Assembly: GCA_030390025.1 (NCBI GenBank) | Contig: CM059438.1 | Span: forward strand, 68,946,001 to 69,010,000 | Direction of reading: 5' to 3' | DNA: 64,000 nucleotides | Origin: Squalus acanthias | Lineage: Eukaryota | In this document: positions 1 to 13,654 of the stretch, one piece after another | How the letters are laid out: each line of letters starts with the position of its first letter | Numbering within the stretch: position 1 is the stretch's first letter | Made by a program: the position numbers and the translations under genes | Notes under the pieces: model-generated | Told to the model about the DNA's origin: nothing | The model's input: only the letters and a program-made list of their open reading frames with translations | Database searches by the model: none

Positions 1-371
1 CCACATGTAAAGAGTTTACTCAGGAGTGTATCCTTGCAAATACAACTACTTAAATAGGCCACCTAATGCCGGCTGGAACTATCTCCATGACATCCTATAT
101 ATCATTCTCTAGCTTTTCCACTTACTTGGCACGCGTCCTTTTGAATGCTGTCAATGTTCCGTACACTGATCATTCTTTAACATTGCTTGCAGAAAATGTC
201 ACAATATGAACCCAAGTTCTTTTCTCCCCGTCATTCCTAATTCGTGTGAAGACCACAAGACCCCTGCAGAATTCCACTCGTCACTACTCATTCCCTCAAC
301 AGAAGCTCAACCTTTGGTGATCACCAATCGCTCTTTCCTGGTGAACTTCCAGTGCACCTAGTGAGTTTAAC

Positions 372-800
372 ATAAGAACACAAGAACATAAGAAATAGGA
401 GCAGGAGTAGGCCACTTGGCCCCTCGAGCCTGCTCTGCCATTCAGTAAGATCATGGCTGATCTGATCTTGGCCTCAACTCCAGTTTCCTGCCCGCTCCCC
501 ATAACTCTCAACTCGCCTATAGATCAAAAATCTGTCTATCTCCACCTTAAATATATTCAATGACCCAGCCTCCACAGCTCTCTGGGGCAGAGAATTCCAA
601 AGATTTACGACCCTCTGAGACAAGAAATTCCTCCTCATCTCAGTTCTAATAGGGCGACCCTTTATTCTAAAACTGTGCCCCCAAGTTCTAGATTTCCCCA
701 TGAGGGGGAAACATCCTTTCTGCATCTACCTTGTCGAGCCCCCTCAGTATCTTATATGTTTCAATAAGATCACCTCTCATTCTTCTAAGTTCCAATGAAT
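372..800 (-). mobile_element. CR1-type LINE 3' fragment
   Basis: Minus ORF 474-725 reads RTWGHSFRIKGRPIRTEMRRNFLSQRVVNLWNSLP (CR1 ORF2 C-terminus). CATAAGAA-type tail repeats at ~372-395. Confidence 0.9.
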
Positions 801-1852
801 AGGATTTGCCTTTGCCTTTGCCTGTCTGGTACCTTTTGAAATATCCGAGCAAATTCTCTATTCTGTCAAATTATAAGGCATCAGCAAATAGTCTTTTTTT
901 AAAAAACAATCTGTACAATAGAAATGCTATTTGATTAATGTTTGCATGGCAGCATGTTTATTGCCTGAATTACTTTTATTTTTTAACAAATTGCTCACTT
1001 CTTTGGATGGTACTTGGAGTCACCTTAGTAGCTATTGCTTTAGTCACCTTTTACAAGCCCTGCACTCAGAAAGGCATCAACCAATAATTATGCTGTGTGA
1101 ATGCTTAACACATAAAAATGCTTGGTTTGCAATTTTAATAGCGGTGTTAAAGTAATATTAAACGGCACATTTTCCAAGCTGTAATAGTGCTGCAATCTAT
1201 TTTCTAAGATAGGCTGAGGACACAAGAGTATGATGAACAAGAATTCCATTATCAGCAAATGGAGAAGAAATTCTTCATGTCAGGTGGCTGAATAAGACAG
1301 GATGAAGGCAGCTTCATAACCGGTGGAGTGAGTAATGCACCACATGCCATTACACTAAACTGCACAGACACATCCCATATTCAATGCATGTTTTCTGCTG
1401 ATATGGTTGATCTCAGCCGGGTAATGCTTGGGGCATTGCAACTGGCCGCAGCCCCTTATACCCGCTTCCCATGAAAATTCATGCAGGGGTTCTGCTTCTG
1501 ATCACAATCGGCTTGACCCCTGTTGGAAAGTGCACTCGTGGATCTCGGGGAAGGACCAGATTCAGCTTGGTTCTGGGAACTGCTTACCAATGCTCCATAT
1601 CTGTATTCTTACATGAGAAGCGGTTGCTTTGGTGAGCACTATTGGTGCCCATGGGTTTGTAAACCAGCAAGAATCAGTACCTTCAGGAGAACAGGAAGGA
1701 AGATTGTGAGGGAGAATATGGGTGATTCATTCTTGATCAGTTTTAGCCTCCTCTAAATAAATGGAAGCACAGAAAGCCCTGGGGCATAGCCTATGAAGGA
1801 GTAAGAGGGGAGAGTAGAAGGTAGACCCTAAATGTTTATCCAATATTTTTTA

Positions 1853-2399
1853 GGGGTTAATTTTCCTAACCTTTGCCTTCAAGAAGTCTATTCCTCTGGA
1901 GCAAAGGTAAACAAAAGGGGGAAGAGAGCAGTTCTGTGGATTTCCGAGATTTCCCCCCAAGTGACACCTGCAATAGGCATAGGCTCAGAGTTCCCAGACT
2001 CTCACCTCAATTTCTTGACATTGTGACCCAGGTCACTCCAAGAAACTGGTGACAAGCTTTACGTTGGCACCCCACTCAGAACGGAGGGCCTTCGGGAGCC
2101 CAGCAGCAAGTCAAAGAGGACCCCAAGGGTTGGTGGAAATCTTTTTTGACAGTGACCCACTGGATCTTCAAGCCTTGGGACCTTCTCCAACAGTTGCCAG
2201 AAGGTCCCGAGGCCAGAAGCAGCTACACTTCTCCTTCTGCTGGCGTTTCCTAGTGCAAGACTCTGCCAGGGAGTGTGCCCATGCCAGTGGAGCAGCTGGG
2301 TCATGTTAAGGGCCCAGCACACCAAATTTAGATGCAGTTTATTTGATCGCACTGCACCTCTCCAGCCCTGGGGAAGAGGGCGTTAAGAAAATTGTCCCC
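1853..2399. mobile_element. MITE (Harbinger-like TIRs)
   Basis: Imperfect TIRs GGGGTTAATTTTCCTAAC ... GTTAAGAAAATTGTCCCC. No coding capacity. Confidence 0.6.
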
Positions 2400-2759
2400 A
2401 TAATATTTTGAAAGGATTAGGTCAGGTGAAAAGGCTCCCCTTATCCATTGCCATGCTTCAAACTTAAATTGACTTGTCTATGAGTTCAAAATGTACAAGA
2501 TATTAGATTGCATGATGTCCTATCTGAAAAAGATTCCAAAACTTTTATCTCTCTCTTAATTTATGGCACATTCATTTGCAGAATTTATCATGAATTTGTC
2601 TCCACTTTCAAAAACTGGACACAGTCACATGCATATGATTTTACAAAAATGCATTGTAGTCAGGCTGTTATTTAGCAAAGTGAACCACTTTGGGGGAAGA
2701 ACTGCTCTGGTTACTATGTGTAATGACATTGTGAATGAGTTCAAAAAGAACTTAACTAT

Positions 2760-3534
2760 ATTTTGGTACCCATCCCGCCCCCAAGCTGCCTCCGTGCCAT
2801 CTTGCCAGGAGGCGGGTAGCCGACCCGCGCCGGGTCCCGTCTCCTGGAGGCGAGAAGGGAATTACAGCCACTTAACTGCCTGTTAACCGGTAGTTAACAG
2901 GCAGTTAAGAGGATTATCCCCATTTTTCTAACAGAGGGGCGGGCTTCCCGACGTCGGGAAACCCCGCCAGGATCACCGAGGTGAGCAGTGGGTCTGCGGG
3001 GGTCGGAGGGGTCCAAAAGTGCCCTGTGGAGGTGAGTGATGGGTGCAAGTGTGGAGAGGTGAGTATGTGAGGTAAGTGGAAAGTGTTAGTAAAAGTTGAC
3101 TTACTTTTGTTTCTTTCTGCAGGCTTCAACAGTTGGGGATGCGGAGAGTCTTGCATCTCACCGGCAGAGATGACAGATGACTGCTGCATTCTCCGATGCA
3201 ACAACCATCTAATTTCTGCTAAAGAAAGAGGTTTGATGAGCCTTGAATACAAGGACTCATCAAACAACATAGAATGTCAGTGTTTGACAGCTTCACAGAG
3301 CTGTCAAGCGATGACAATTCATCTGTCAAACATTTTTGACAAATGAAACGTCATACGCTGACGTTCTCTGTAACCGGCTTCCCCTTAATTGGCCTGCTAA
3401 GCCCACTGGGTGGGCTTAACAAGGTCAATCAAGGGAAAATAGCATGAGTTGGCCACAAGTCGATGGAGGCGGGCCAACGACCCGACAAGCAGCAGCCCCA
3501 CCTCCAACGCGCCCCCATTGGCAAAATCGCCCCC
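2760..3534. mobile_element. Harbinger-derived MITE, left end eroded
   Basis: Palindrome CTTAACTGCCTGTTAAC..GTTAACAGGCAGTTAAG and motif TTCCCGACGTCGGGAA are shared with 19966-20821 and the Harbinger end at 50810-51095. Right end GGCAAAATCGCCCCC. Confidence 0.7.
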
Positions 3535-4079
3535 TAAGCATCAATCATGTGGCTTTTCTCTGCACTGCCTCCAACATTTGAATGTCTCTCTTGTATCTCT
3601 GCAATCAGAACTCGATGCTATATTCAAGGTGCAGTCTGTTTCTCCCCTCACCCCACTACACCATTGGGTTCTTTTCAAGCTGGGGTGTGCTTTCTGCATT
3701 ATGATCCATCAATGCTGGGTCTCTTTTCTTTGTCACTATGTAATTCGAGTGAAGGCATCTATTTAAAAATGTATTTTTTCAAAGTAGCGCCAGAGGCGTT
3801 ATTATGTTACTTTTCAAAGGGCTTTGTTTTATTTATTTCCTTTCTCCAGACAGAAAAGATGCAATTATCTTATTAATTGACTTTTTTTAATGGAAGTTCC
3901 TCTGTGTATCCAGAGGTATTGTAAACGTTTGGCGTGCCAATCCATCTGTAGAATCTATAGGAGACTTAACACATAAGGTTGACTGAAATATGCTCACAGC
4001 TGAGCTATTTTGTCCTCTCTTTCTTCACCCCGACATCTTTTGTTGACACCACCCCCAAAACCAAACAAATATGAAGGGC

Positions 4080-4235
4080 AACATAGAAACATAGAAACAT
4101 AGAAAAATAGGCGCAGGAGTAAAATATTTGGCCCTTCGAGCCTGCTCCGCCATTCAATATGATTATGGCTGATTCTCTATCTCAATACCTTATTCCCGCT
4201 CTCTTCCCCATACCCCTTGATGATAGAAACATAGA
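4080..4235 (-). mobile_element. CR1 3' tail fragment
   Basis: (ACATAGAA)n repeats plus GGCCCTTCGAGCCTGCTCCGCCATTCAAT 3' UTR motif. Confidence 0.8.
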
Positions 4236-4564
4236 AAAAGGCAGAAGAACTTCATGGTGAAATTAAAAAAATAAAATATAAAACTCAAGAAATGGAACCA
4301 AAATCAATTCAATAACTGAAGGAAAAAATAAAAATAAAAATAGAGTGAAGAGAGTCAAGAAACCTGTTGAAGAGCAAGGTAAAAGAATTAGTAAAACAAG
4401 GTAGTAAAATTAAAACAGAGATACACTAGGAAAAATGAAGCGTATGGGAGCCAGATGAGAGACTGAATGAGCTGATGTGGGAGACTCAAGTTTGAAGGGG
4501 AACACAATTCAGACTAGAGGGGGGAAGGAGAATGTGATTTGAAAAGATAACATAGGCACTAACT

Positions 4565-4695
4565 TAAATAAAAAAAGAAAATTCTGGAAATACTCAACAG
4601 GTCAGGCAGCATTTGTGGAGAGAAATATTTCAGGTCAATGACCTTCCATCAGAATATTTCAGATTTCCAGCATCGCAGTATTTTGCTTTTGTATA
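4565..4695. mobile_element. Penelope-type hairpin repeat remnant
   Basis: CTGGAAATACTCAACAGGTCAGGCAGCAT motif, same family as 25345-25540. Minus strand carries CTGATGGAAGGTCATTGACCTGAAA. Confidence 0.55.
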
Positions 4696-6574
4696 GGCAC
4701 TAACATATTGTAGGGAATCAAGAAGATTTTCAGAAAATGTATTCAATCATATGTGCCTCGTCATTAATAGACTTTGATTATAACGATAAAAGGTGACTCC
4801 AGAATTTGTCGTGCATGTTACATAGATGTATAGTCTATGGAAGGGCTCACTCAAAGTCAAAATATATTTACATTTAAACTTCATTGTGTGTCCTAGTGGT
4901 TCACCCAGTAAAGGCACGGTCACATGTGATATTTTTACCCCTCCCAACCAGGAAGGCCACAGGTTCGATCCTCAGTCTGTGCTGTATTGACTGACCTCAG
5001 TGTTTCGGGTCTTATTAGGGCTGGATTAGGGAGTAGAAAATAAGATGGGATTCCATGTGTGTGTGCATGTGTCAGTGTCAAGATCAGGCCGGGATGTGCA
5101 GCCTGCTAATATTCACTGTCTAGTCTTGCACTTGAATAATGGTTATTTGGCTGAGGTAATGGAAGGTGCTGTCACATGTGAATCCGTAAGCCAGCTTGAG
5201 TCAGCGCTTCCAGGAGAGAAGAAGCATAAATACAAATTTCACAGTATTTTAGAGTTGTAATGAACATTTAATCAGTTCTTCAATCACATGACAACCAATT
5301 GCAAGAGTCAAAATTAACAGCCACAAATGAGAAATGTAAAACCTCTACAATCAAGAGGATATAGTTAAACAAAGTAATAATATTCTAGCAGGAGGTTAAT
5401 AACTTACAGTGACAGTTAATGCACCTTAAAAAGCCATGTCAATACAAAGTTTATTCCCAATCGGCTAATTTCATTGTTGAGGTTAAAGATTAATGGACTG
5501 AAATCTGCAGCGGTAGTTGGACTAAGTATTGCATTCATGACCAACCATGGGCCTTTAACTTGAAAGTGACCCGATGATCAAATTGAATGTACTTGCCAGC
5601 ATTTGTTTAGGTGCAACTTAGCCTCCTTTTTAAAATTTGATGGAAATGGATGTGTTTGAAAGACTCTATTGGGGGGGCAAGGTTCAATTTAACACACTAC
5701 AAATTATGAGGAGGTGATTGAGAAGGAATCTTACAGAGCAGGGGCGCCTAAATATTTTATTTTATTGGCCCGCTTAACTATTTAACACGGAGCCTTGCAG
5801 TCACATATAAAAATAATTACCACACAAAACACGAGATGCAATACATTTTCATGGCAAATTATGACATTCACACTACAATTTGGGTTGCCTCCTTCTGAAA
5901 CTGGCCCCTGGGGAGTATGGGGGAGGAGGAAGTATGTTGCACCTTTTTTTATTCTTCAGTGAAACTCTACAGGACTCCTAATGAATTTATGTATTTTTCA
6001 AGAACATATCATGAAAACATTCCAATTCTGCTGAATCGTATTGCTTTTTGCACAGCAGAAACAAACATCATTTTGGGCTACGAAACGTATCGACACAAAC
6101 ATTTTCATTTTTTTCCAGTAATTTCATGGGTCTGCATTGCTAAAAGACCGTGCAGACAGACAGTGGCCAGAATTCAATTAGATGTGCATTTAGTTCTGTT
6201 TCAGATATGTTACTAAAGTTCAAGCAATCGCTTCAGTCTCTCCGGCCTGCACAATGCATGGTAACGTTTCACACTGGAACTGGGGAGCCAGAATCCCACC
6301 TTGGCCTACCAGCTTCACTGGTTCTCTGGGCAGCCCCGAGTGCTAAAGCACTGGAGAAGGCAAAGCAGGTGACTGGCGAGTTTACTTGACCATACACAAG
6401 TTCAGAAAAGTGAGTCACAACCACATCCTACCATATACACTGTAGCATGAATTAATATTGTACAATCAGCCACCCATTGCTGGAGAAATGGAGTGGACAA
6501 CGATGCCTATGGGGCATAGTTTTCACAGGCCGTCTATGGAAGAATATAAGATACCATGCAGATTAGAAATGGCT

Positions 6575-7830
6575 ACCACAAGGAATAGTTGAGGCGGAAA
6601 GCATTTAACAGGAAGCTAGATAAGCTCATGGGGGAGAAAGGAATAAAAAGATATATTGATGGGGTTAGATCAAGAAGAGTGGGAGGTGCCTCGTGCAGAG
6701 CATAAGCACCAGCATGGACCTTTTGGGCTGAATGGCCTGTTTCTGTGCTGTAAATACTTTGTAAATCTGGAACATTATTCTGCCTACTTGACCTACATGT
6801 GGTTCCAGTCCCACACCAATGTGGTTTACGCTTAACCGTCCTCTGAAGTGGCCTTGCAAGCCACTCCATTGTATCAAGTCACAACAAAGAATTGCAGCGG
6901 TTCAAGAAGGTGGCCCACCACCACCTTCCCAGGGCAACTTGGGATGGGCAATAAATGCTGGCTTTGGCCAGCAATGCCCATATCCTAAGAATGAATGGTT
7001 GAGCGGGGATGGTGGCGGGGCGGGGGGGGGGGGGGAGGTGGAAGGCAGCGGGAATTATACCAACGTAGAAGATCCATTGGAATCTGAGGGGTTGCTCAAA
7101 AAGTCCAAAATATGTAATAGGGCAGAACAATGACAGGTGAAATTTAATGCAAATAACTGAAGTACTGCACATAGGAAGGAAAAATAGGCGACACATATAC
7201 TCCATGAATGGTGTTCAAATTGCTAAGGATAAAGTTGAAAGAGACCAACATGCTCAACATGTCCAACCAATGCAGGACAGCACACAATAAAGCCAATAGA
7301 ATGTGAACGATATAGCTAGAACAGCAGAATATATGTCAGAGGAAGTTGTGGTCAAATGATGCACAGCACTCTGGTCTGACAGCACCTTGGTTACTCTGTC
7401 CCATTCTGCTTGCCAAGAAAACAAGGGAGACATTCAACCACTGGAGACAGTGCAGAGAGGAGCCAAGAGTCTGATCCCTGGTGTCAAAGTTCTGAGTTAT
7501 AATGAGAGAAACTTGGGCTATTCAGCTTGGAAAGGAGGTCTATGAGATAATTAAGGGACTGGAAAAGGTGCCTGCAGAATATTACTTCAAAGTGCGAGTG
7601 TAGGACAAGGGGACACAGGTTCAAATTAGTAAAAGGTAAATTTTGCGAAGATTTCAGGAAATTCTTCACACCAACAGGGATCAACCCATGGAATAGACTT
7701 TCAAATAGACAGGTGGAAGAACAAAACCTGGAAACCATTAAAGAAAAAAAATTGATGCTGCAGTAGGGGACTGTGGCATCTATCTGGGTAGTGAATTAAT
7801 ATGGACTGAATGGCCTTCCTGATCTTGTGA
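6575..7830 (+). mobile_element. Cluster of decayed LINE fragments (CR1 3' end, LINE tail as at 48030-48120, old CR1)
   Basis: GGGCTGAATGGCCTGTTTCTGTGCTGTAA at ~6724. GGTTCAAGAAGGTGGCCCACCACCACCTT at ~6899. Decayed RGHRFKL-type CR1 sequence at ~7605. Confidence 0.75.
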
Positions 7831-8026
7831 CCTGTGCACACTACCAAGTATTGTCCCCAGACATCCGAGTGAAGGCTGCTCGCACCCTCTCTTGGCCAAG
7901 CAATAGCGGGAAGAAGGAAAACAATTGCAAAACTATTTCTATTAATTAAAATATAAATCATTCCAGTTTAAAGTGAATTAGAGAATATCAAATCCCCAAA
8001 ACATACAGCATCATTTTAGTTTGGAT

Positions 8027-8267
8027 TGTGGCGGATCGCCACCTAAACGGGCACTTTCCACTCTTCTGTCCGTGGACAATATATCGAGCACCTTCCCTTT
8101 AAGGCACCTTACCTTTAAGGCAGGAGTGGACGGGGCCTCAGGATTTTTCCAGAGAATTCTGGGAGCTAGCTGTTCAGCCATTTTGTACCATGCAGTTGTA
8201 TTAAAAAAGTCTCTTGTTTTCCGCACATGGATTCAGCCTTAATTCGTGCTTCGCGGCAGCCTCAACA
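8027..8267 (+). repeat. 5' LTR
   Basis: TGTGGCGGATCGCC...GCCTCAACA. Direct repeat of 12141-12381 with about 12 substitutions by eye. Contains ATTAAA poly(A) signal. Confidence 0.97.
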
Positions 8268-8268
8268 T

Positions 8269-8282
8269 TGGTGACCCCGACG
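8269..8282 (+). promoter_or_regulatory. Primer binding site, tRNA-Trp
   Basis: TGGTGACCCCGACG immediately after the 5' LTR, complementary to the tRNA-Trp 3' end. Confidence 0.9.
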
Positions 8283-8307
8283 CTCAGAACGTATTCCGAG
8301 CACTGCA

Positions 8308-11300
8308 ATGGCGGACACGAACGCAGTTTCCGTGAAACTGCCGGAGTTTTGGAAAAACCAGCCCGAAGCCTGGTTTCTCCAAGCCGAATCTTGCTTCCGG
8401 CTGCGAAACATCACCACAGATCGGACGCAGTACGACTACCTCGTCACATCACTCGGTAGCGCCACAGTTTCGAAAGTTTGGACAGCGCTGCAGAACCCAC
8501 CAGAGGAAGGCAAGTACACACATCTCAAGACAGCGCTCCTTAAAAAATTTACGGCCTCGGCATATCAGCGAAACTGCCACCTCCTCGACCTTCCAGGCCT
8601 AGGTGATGCCTCACCGTCAGACCTCCTCTCCCACAAGTTCTCCCTCACTGACGAGAGCCCACCCGGATCCCTCTTCCATACGCTGTTCATCCGCCAGCTC
8701 CCTCTCAGCATCTGCCCAGCGATCGTGGCGTCTGGCCTCACGAACCTGGAAGCCCTGGCCGATGAGGCCGACAAGCTGCTGTTCGCTCACTCCAGCCGCG
8801 ACGTCACTCCAGACCTGGCAGCCAATGCCTGGGCGCGCCCCTCACCGGCCACCACGTGGCCACAAGGGCCTGCCACCAGGCCCACGGGGCCTTCACGCCC
8901 CACTAACCCGGGCCACTGTTACTACCACGCACGGTTCGGCGCCAGGGCACAACGGTGCACACCTCCCTGCTCTTTCAAGTCCGCCCGCGTACCAGCCCCC
9001 GCAATGGCCGTGGGCCACGCGGGCTCCCAGCTGTTCGTCACAGATGACAAAACCGGCCGCCGATTCCTGTGCGACACTGGGGCACAGCACAGCATCATCC
9101 CGGCCTCCTCCCTCGACATCCAAAAGGGCGAACGAGGACCGGCGCTGGCTGCTGCTAACGGCTCGGAAATCCGGACGTATGGCACCCGGACAGTCACCCT
9201 CGACCTCGCTGGTCGCCGCTACCGATGGGAGTTCATCACTGCCAAGGTGCTCTCCCCTCTCATCGGCGCAGATTTCCTGTGCGCCCACGGCCTACTGGTA
9301 GACATCCCCCGTCACCGCCTCGTGGACATGAACACCATGTCCCCCATTCTGGGCGCCATGGCCCCCCATCAACCCGCCGACATGGCATCACAGTGCCACG
9401 CCCGGGCCACGGATGACTACTCGGCACTCCTGGCCGAATTCCCAGCCTTACCAATCCGACCTTCTCCGCGGAGGCCGCCAAACATGGGGTGGAACACTTC
9501 ATCCCCACCACAGGCCCCCCAGTGTACGCCCACGCCCGCAGGCTGGACCCGACCAAACTGGATATCGCGCGGACCGAGTTTGCCACCATGGAACAGCTCG
9601 GCATCATCCGCCGCTCCAACAGTCCCTGGGCCTCCCCACTCCACATCGCCCCCAAACCAGGCGGAGGTTGGCGCCCCTGCGGGGATTACCGCCGCCTCAA
9701 CGACGCCACCACCCCTGATCGGTACCCCGTGCCGCATATTCAGGACTTCTCGGCTAGACTGGCCGGCCGCTCAGTCTTTTCCAAGGTCGACCTGGTGCGC
9801 GGCTACCACCAAGTCCCCGTCCACCCCGCAGACGTCCCCAAGACGGCCGTAATCACACCCTTCGGCCTGTTCGAGTTCCTGCGGATGCCCTTCGGCCTCA
9901 AAAACGCGGCCCAGGCATTCCAACGGCTCATGGACTCGGTCCTTCGGGACCTGAAGTTCCTGTTCGTCTACCTGGACGACATCCTGGTAGCCAGTTCCTC
10001 CAAGCAGGAACACCTCGAACACCTTCGCATCCTGTTCGGGCGCCTCAGCGACCACGGGCTCATCCTCAGCCCAGCCAAATGCCAGTTCGACCTGGACAAG
10101 ATCGACTTCCTCGGCTACCACATCACCCATGCTGGGGCCATTCCCCTGCCCACCAAGGTGCAGGCCGTCCAACAATTTCCCCGCCCCACCACCATCAAAG
10201 GCCTCCAGGATTTCCTCGGGATGGTGAATTTCTATAACCGCTTCATCCCCAAAGCGGCATCCCTCATGAGGCCCCTGTATGAAGCCCTCCGGGGCAGGAG
10301 CGGCAAGATGGCGGTCGAATGGACGGCAGACACGTCCGCCGCCTTCGACTCCACCAAGACCGCACTCGCCAACGCCACCCTGCTCGCGCACCCATGGCCC
10401 AATGCCAGGGTAGCGCTCACCACGGATGCCTCCGACCACGCGGTCGGCGCCGTGTATGAGCAGTGGGTCGACGGCACCTGGCAACCACTTGCCTTCTTCA
10501 GCCGCCAACTACGCCCCCCGGAGGTCAAGTACAGCACCTTCGACCGCGAGCTCATCGCGCTGTTCCTGGCAGTCCGCCATTTCCGGTTTTTGCTTGAGGA
10601 CCACCCCTTCACTGCGTTTGTCGACCACAAGCCCCTGACATTCGCAATGGCAAATACAACCGACCCCTGGTCCACCAGGCAGCAGCGCCAGCTCGCGGCA
10701 GTGTCCGAGTTCACCACGGACATCCAACACGTCTCCGGCCGAGACAATGTGGTAGCCGACTGCCTCTCCCGCACCGCCATCTACGCCGCACACCTGGCAG
10801 TCGACTACGCTCAACTTGCAGCAGACCAGATCACCGACCCTGATCTGCTCTCCGCACCCACCAACCTACCAGGGCTACGCCTGGCCGACGTCGCCTGTGG
10901 CCCAACCACAGTCACGGTTAAGTGCGACATATCCCTATGTCAACCTCGGCCCGTCGTCCCAGCGTCCTGGCGCCGCCGGGTATTCGACATTCTCCACAAC
11001 CTCTTCCACCCCGGCGCCCGCGCATCCATCAAATTGGTAGCCAACCGCTTCGTCTGGCGCGGCCTTCACAAGGATGTGCGTACTTGGGCCAACTCCTGCC
11101 TAGCCTGCCAACGGGCCAAGGTACAGCAACACACGAAAGCACCCCTCGAGGAGTTTACCGTCCACCTCGCGGAGATTCGACCACATCCACGTGGACATCG
11201 TCGGGCCCCTGCCGCCGTCGCAAGGCCACACGCACTTGCTGACCATCGTTGACCGCACCACACGCTGGCTTGAGGCAATTCCACTGACCTCTACCACCAC

Positions 11301-12120
11301 CACCGACATCGCCAGAGCCTTCGTCAGCACCTGGGTCGCATGGTTCGGCGTCCCCTCCGACATGACGTCGGACAGAGGTCCGCAATTTACCTCTGAACTC
11401 TGGACCGCCGTCGCACGCAATCTCGGGGTGACCATTCACCGCACCACAGCGTACCACCCCCAAGCCAACGGACTGTGTGAGCGGTTCCACAGATCCTTGA
11501 AGGCATCTCTTCGAGCCAGCCTCCAGAACGGCGCCTGGACCGACCGACCTCCGTGGGTCCTCCTCGGCCTGCGCACCGCAGTTAAAGAAGACCTCCACGC
11601 ATTGGCAGCAGAGCTCGTGTACGGTCCGCCGCTGCGCGTACCCGGCGAGTTCCTGCCCACCGCCACGACACCCTGGTCAGCCGACCAGCAACGCCACGAC
11701 TTCGCCTCACCGGCGCTGCAGTTCACCCCAGTGCCCATTGCCCGACATGGCGAATCCACCTCACACGTCCCACTAAGCCTGCACCAGGCACGGTTTGTTT
11801 TCGTCCGGCACGACGCCCACCGCGGACCCCTTCAACCCCCGTACGACGGGCCCTACAAGGTGCTACAGGCTGGGGACAAATTTTTCACCCTGCAAGTGGG
11901 CGACAGGACCGAAAAAGTGTCGGCTGACCGACTCAAGCCAGCACACTCGGAGCCCGTTGAGCAGGTCCCTGTAGCTCGTCCACCTCCACGCGGCCGACCT
12001 GCCCTAAAGCCGGTTCACCCGGCTGCTCCACGCCCGGCCGTTCCACGTCCACCGGCGTCCTACAAGAGCCGCTCCGGCCGGCCCATCAGACCGCCACACC
12101 GTCTCGTCCACACCTCCTAA
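8308..12120 (+). pseudogene. gag-pol polyprotein broken by two single-base frameshifts (~9449 and ~11164)
   Basis: ORFs 8308-9852, 9489-11252 and 11191-12120 join into Gag (LPEFW..PEAWF, CHCC), protease (DTGA), RT (YLDD), RNase H (TDAS..), integrase (HHCC; DIVGP, SDRG, ERFHR; GPY). Confidence 0.93.
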
Positions 12121-12129
12121 GCGGATTCT

Positions 12130-12138
12130 GGGGGGAGC
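12130..12138 (+). promoter_or_regulatory. Polypurine tract
   Basis: GGGGGGAG just upstream of the 3' LTR. Confidence 0.8.
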
Positions 12139-12140
12139 TG

Positions 12141-12381
12141 TGTGGCGGATCGCCACCTAAATGGGCATTATCCACTCTTCCGTCCATGGACAATATATCG
12201 AGCACCTTCCCTTTAAGGCACCTTACCTTTAAGGCAGGAATGGGCGGGGCCTCAGGATTTTTCCAGTGAATTCTGGGAGCTAGCTGTTCAGCCATTTTGT
12301 ACCATGCTGTTGTATTAAAAAAGTCTCTTGTTTTCCGCACATGGATTCAGCCTTAATTCGTGTTTCACGGTAGCCTCAACA
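12141..12381 (+). repeat. 3' LTR
   Basis: Direct repeat of 8027-8267, followed by TSD GGAT. Confidence 0.97.
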
Positions 12382-13654
12382 GGATGCAATTAAATTCCCT
12401 ATACTTGCTCCAATGCCTTAACTTGCTTAGCAAATCAAAGTGTGCATAGAGATTTTGTGGCTCCATTAACATTTGCAGTCCATTTACAAATTTGGAAGGA
12501 TGGAAGGAATTATCCTCTATGATTTTGACCGTACATTGTTGGGGGCATTATTCAACTGAAGTCAGTTACTTAAAACGCAAAGCGAGGGCCTTTCCTTAAT
12601 ATGTTGCTTAATTACAGACAGTCAGAAGATTTAACTTGGCAGCACTGTAAGTGAGCGCAACTGTCTTGGAGCTGCAAAGTATCCACGGATGAGAAGCATG
12701 GCTGTGATCCTCGTGAGTGTATTGGGTACACAGTTTAATGGTAGTGATTGCCAAGCTTTGCCATTCAGATGAGCCGTGCATTAAATGAATTAAATGCAAC
12801 TGTTGTTTAATACCAAGCAATCTTAATGGTTATCTGACACTGAGCAGAGAAATTATTTCTTTTAGACTATATTCAGATGTGCACAGAGCTGAATGATAGT
12901 ATTGCTCTTTTATATTGTATTATCAGAAAATCAACCTTTTCTAAAAATCAATTCCTCACATTTAGAGTACTGTAAATGGACTGTAGGAATGTGGGTGACT
13001 ATTGGAATGTACTGCATTTTATAAACTGCCTTTCTGCTATGCCATATATGTATAGTGTGAACATAGGAACAGCAGTAGGCCGTTCATTTCCTCCAGCCTG
13101 TTCTGCCAGTTGAGGCTAAGATCAGATCAGCCATGATCTTATTGAATGGCGGAGCAGGCTCGAGGGTCTGAATGGCCTACTCCTGCTCCTATTACTTATG
13201 TTCTTATGCCATTCAATTAGACCATAGCTGATCTGTATCTTAACTCCATTTACCCGCCTTGGTTCCGTAACTCTTAATACCCTTGCCTAACAAAAATCTA
13301 TCAATCTCGGTTTTGAAATTTTCAATTGACCTAGCCTCAACAGCATTTTGGGGGAGATAGTTCCAAATTTCCACTAACCTTTTATGTGAAGACGTGCTTT
13401 CTGGCATCACCCCTGAATGGCCTAGCTCTAATTTTATTGTTATACCCCCTTGTTCTAGATTCTCCCACCAAAGGAAATATCTACCCTATCAAATCCTTTA
13501 AACACCTCAATCAGATCATCCCTTAATCTTCTATATTCAATGGAATGCAAGCCTAGTCTATGCAACCTGTCCTCATAATTTATCCCTTTTAGCCCTGGTA
13601 TAATCCTGGTGAATCTGCGATGCACCCCCTCCTAGGCCAATATATTCTTCCTGA

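Larger units (their letters stand above)
8027..12381 (+). mobile_element. Full-length Ty3/Gypsy LTR retrotransposon, CsRn1-like clade
   Basis: Two 241-bp TG..CA LTRs, 4-bp TSD GGAT (8023-8026 / 12382-12385), tRNA-Trp PBS, PPT, gag-PR-RT-RH-IN order, Gag CHCC motif CYYHARFGARAQRCTPPC. Confidence 0.97.

Noticed and set aside
9440..9460. Possible programmed ribosomal frameshift
   Set aside because: No slippery heptamer. A single missing base restores the FPALTNPTF linker, so it is a mutation or sequencing error.
8565..11759. Antisense and alternate-frame ORFs in the Gypsy element
   Set aside because: Shadow ORFs from GC-rich codon usage, with no recognisable motifs.
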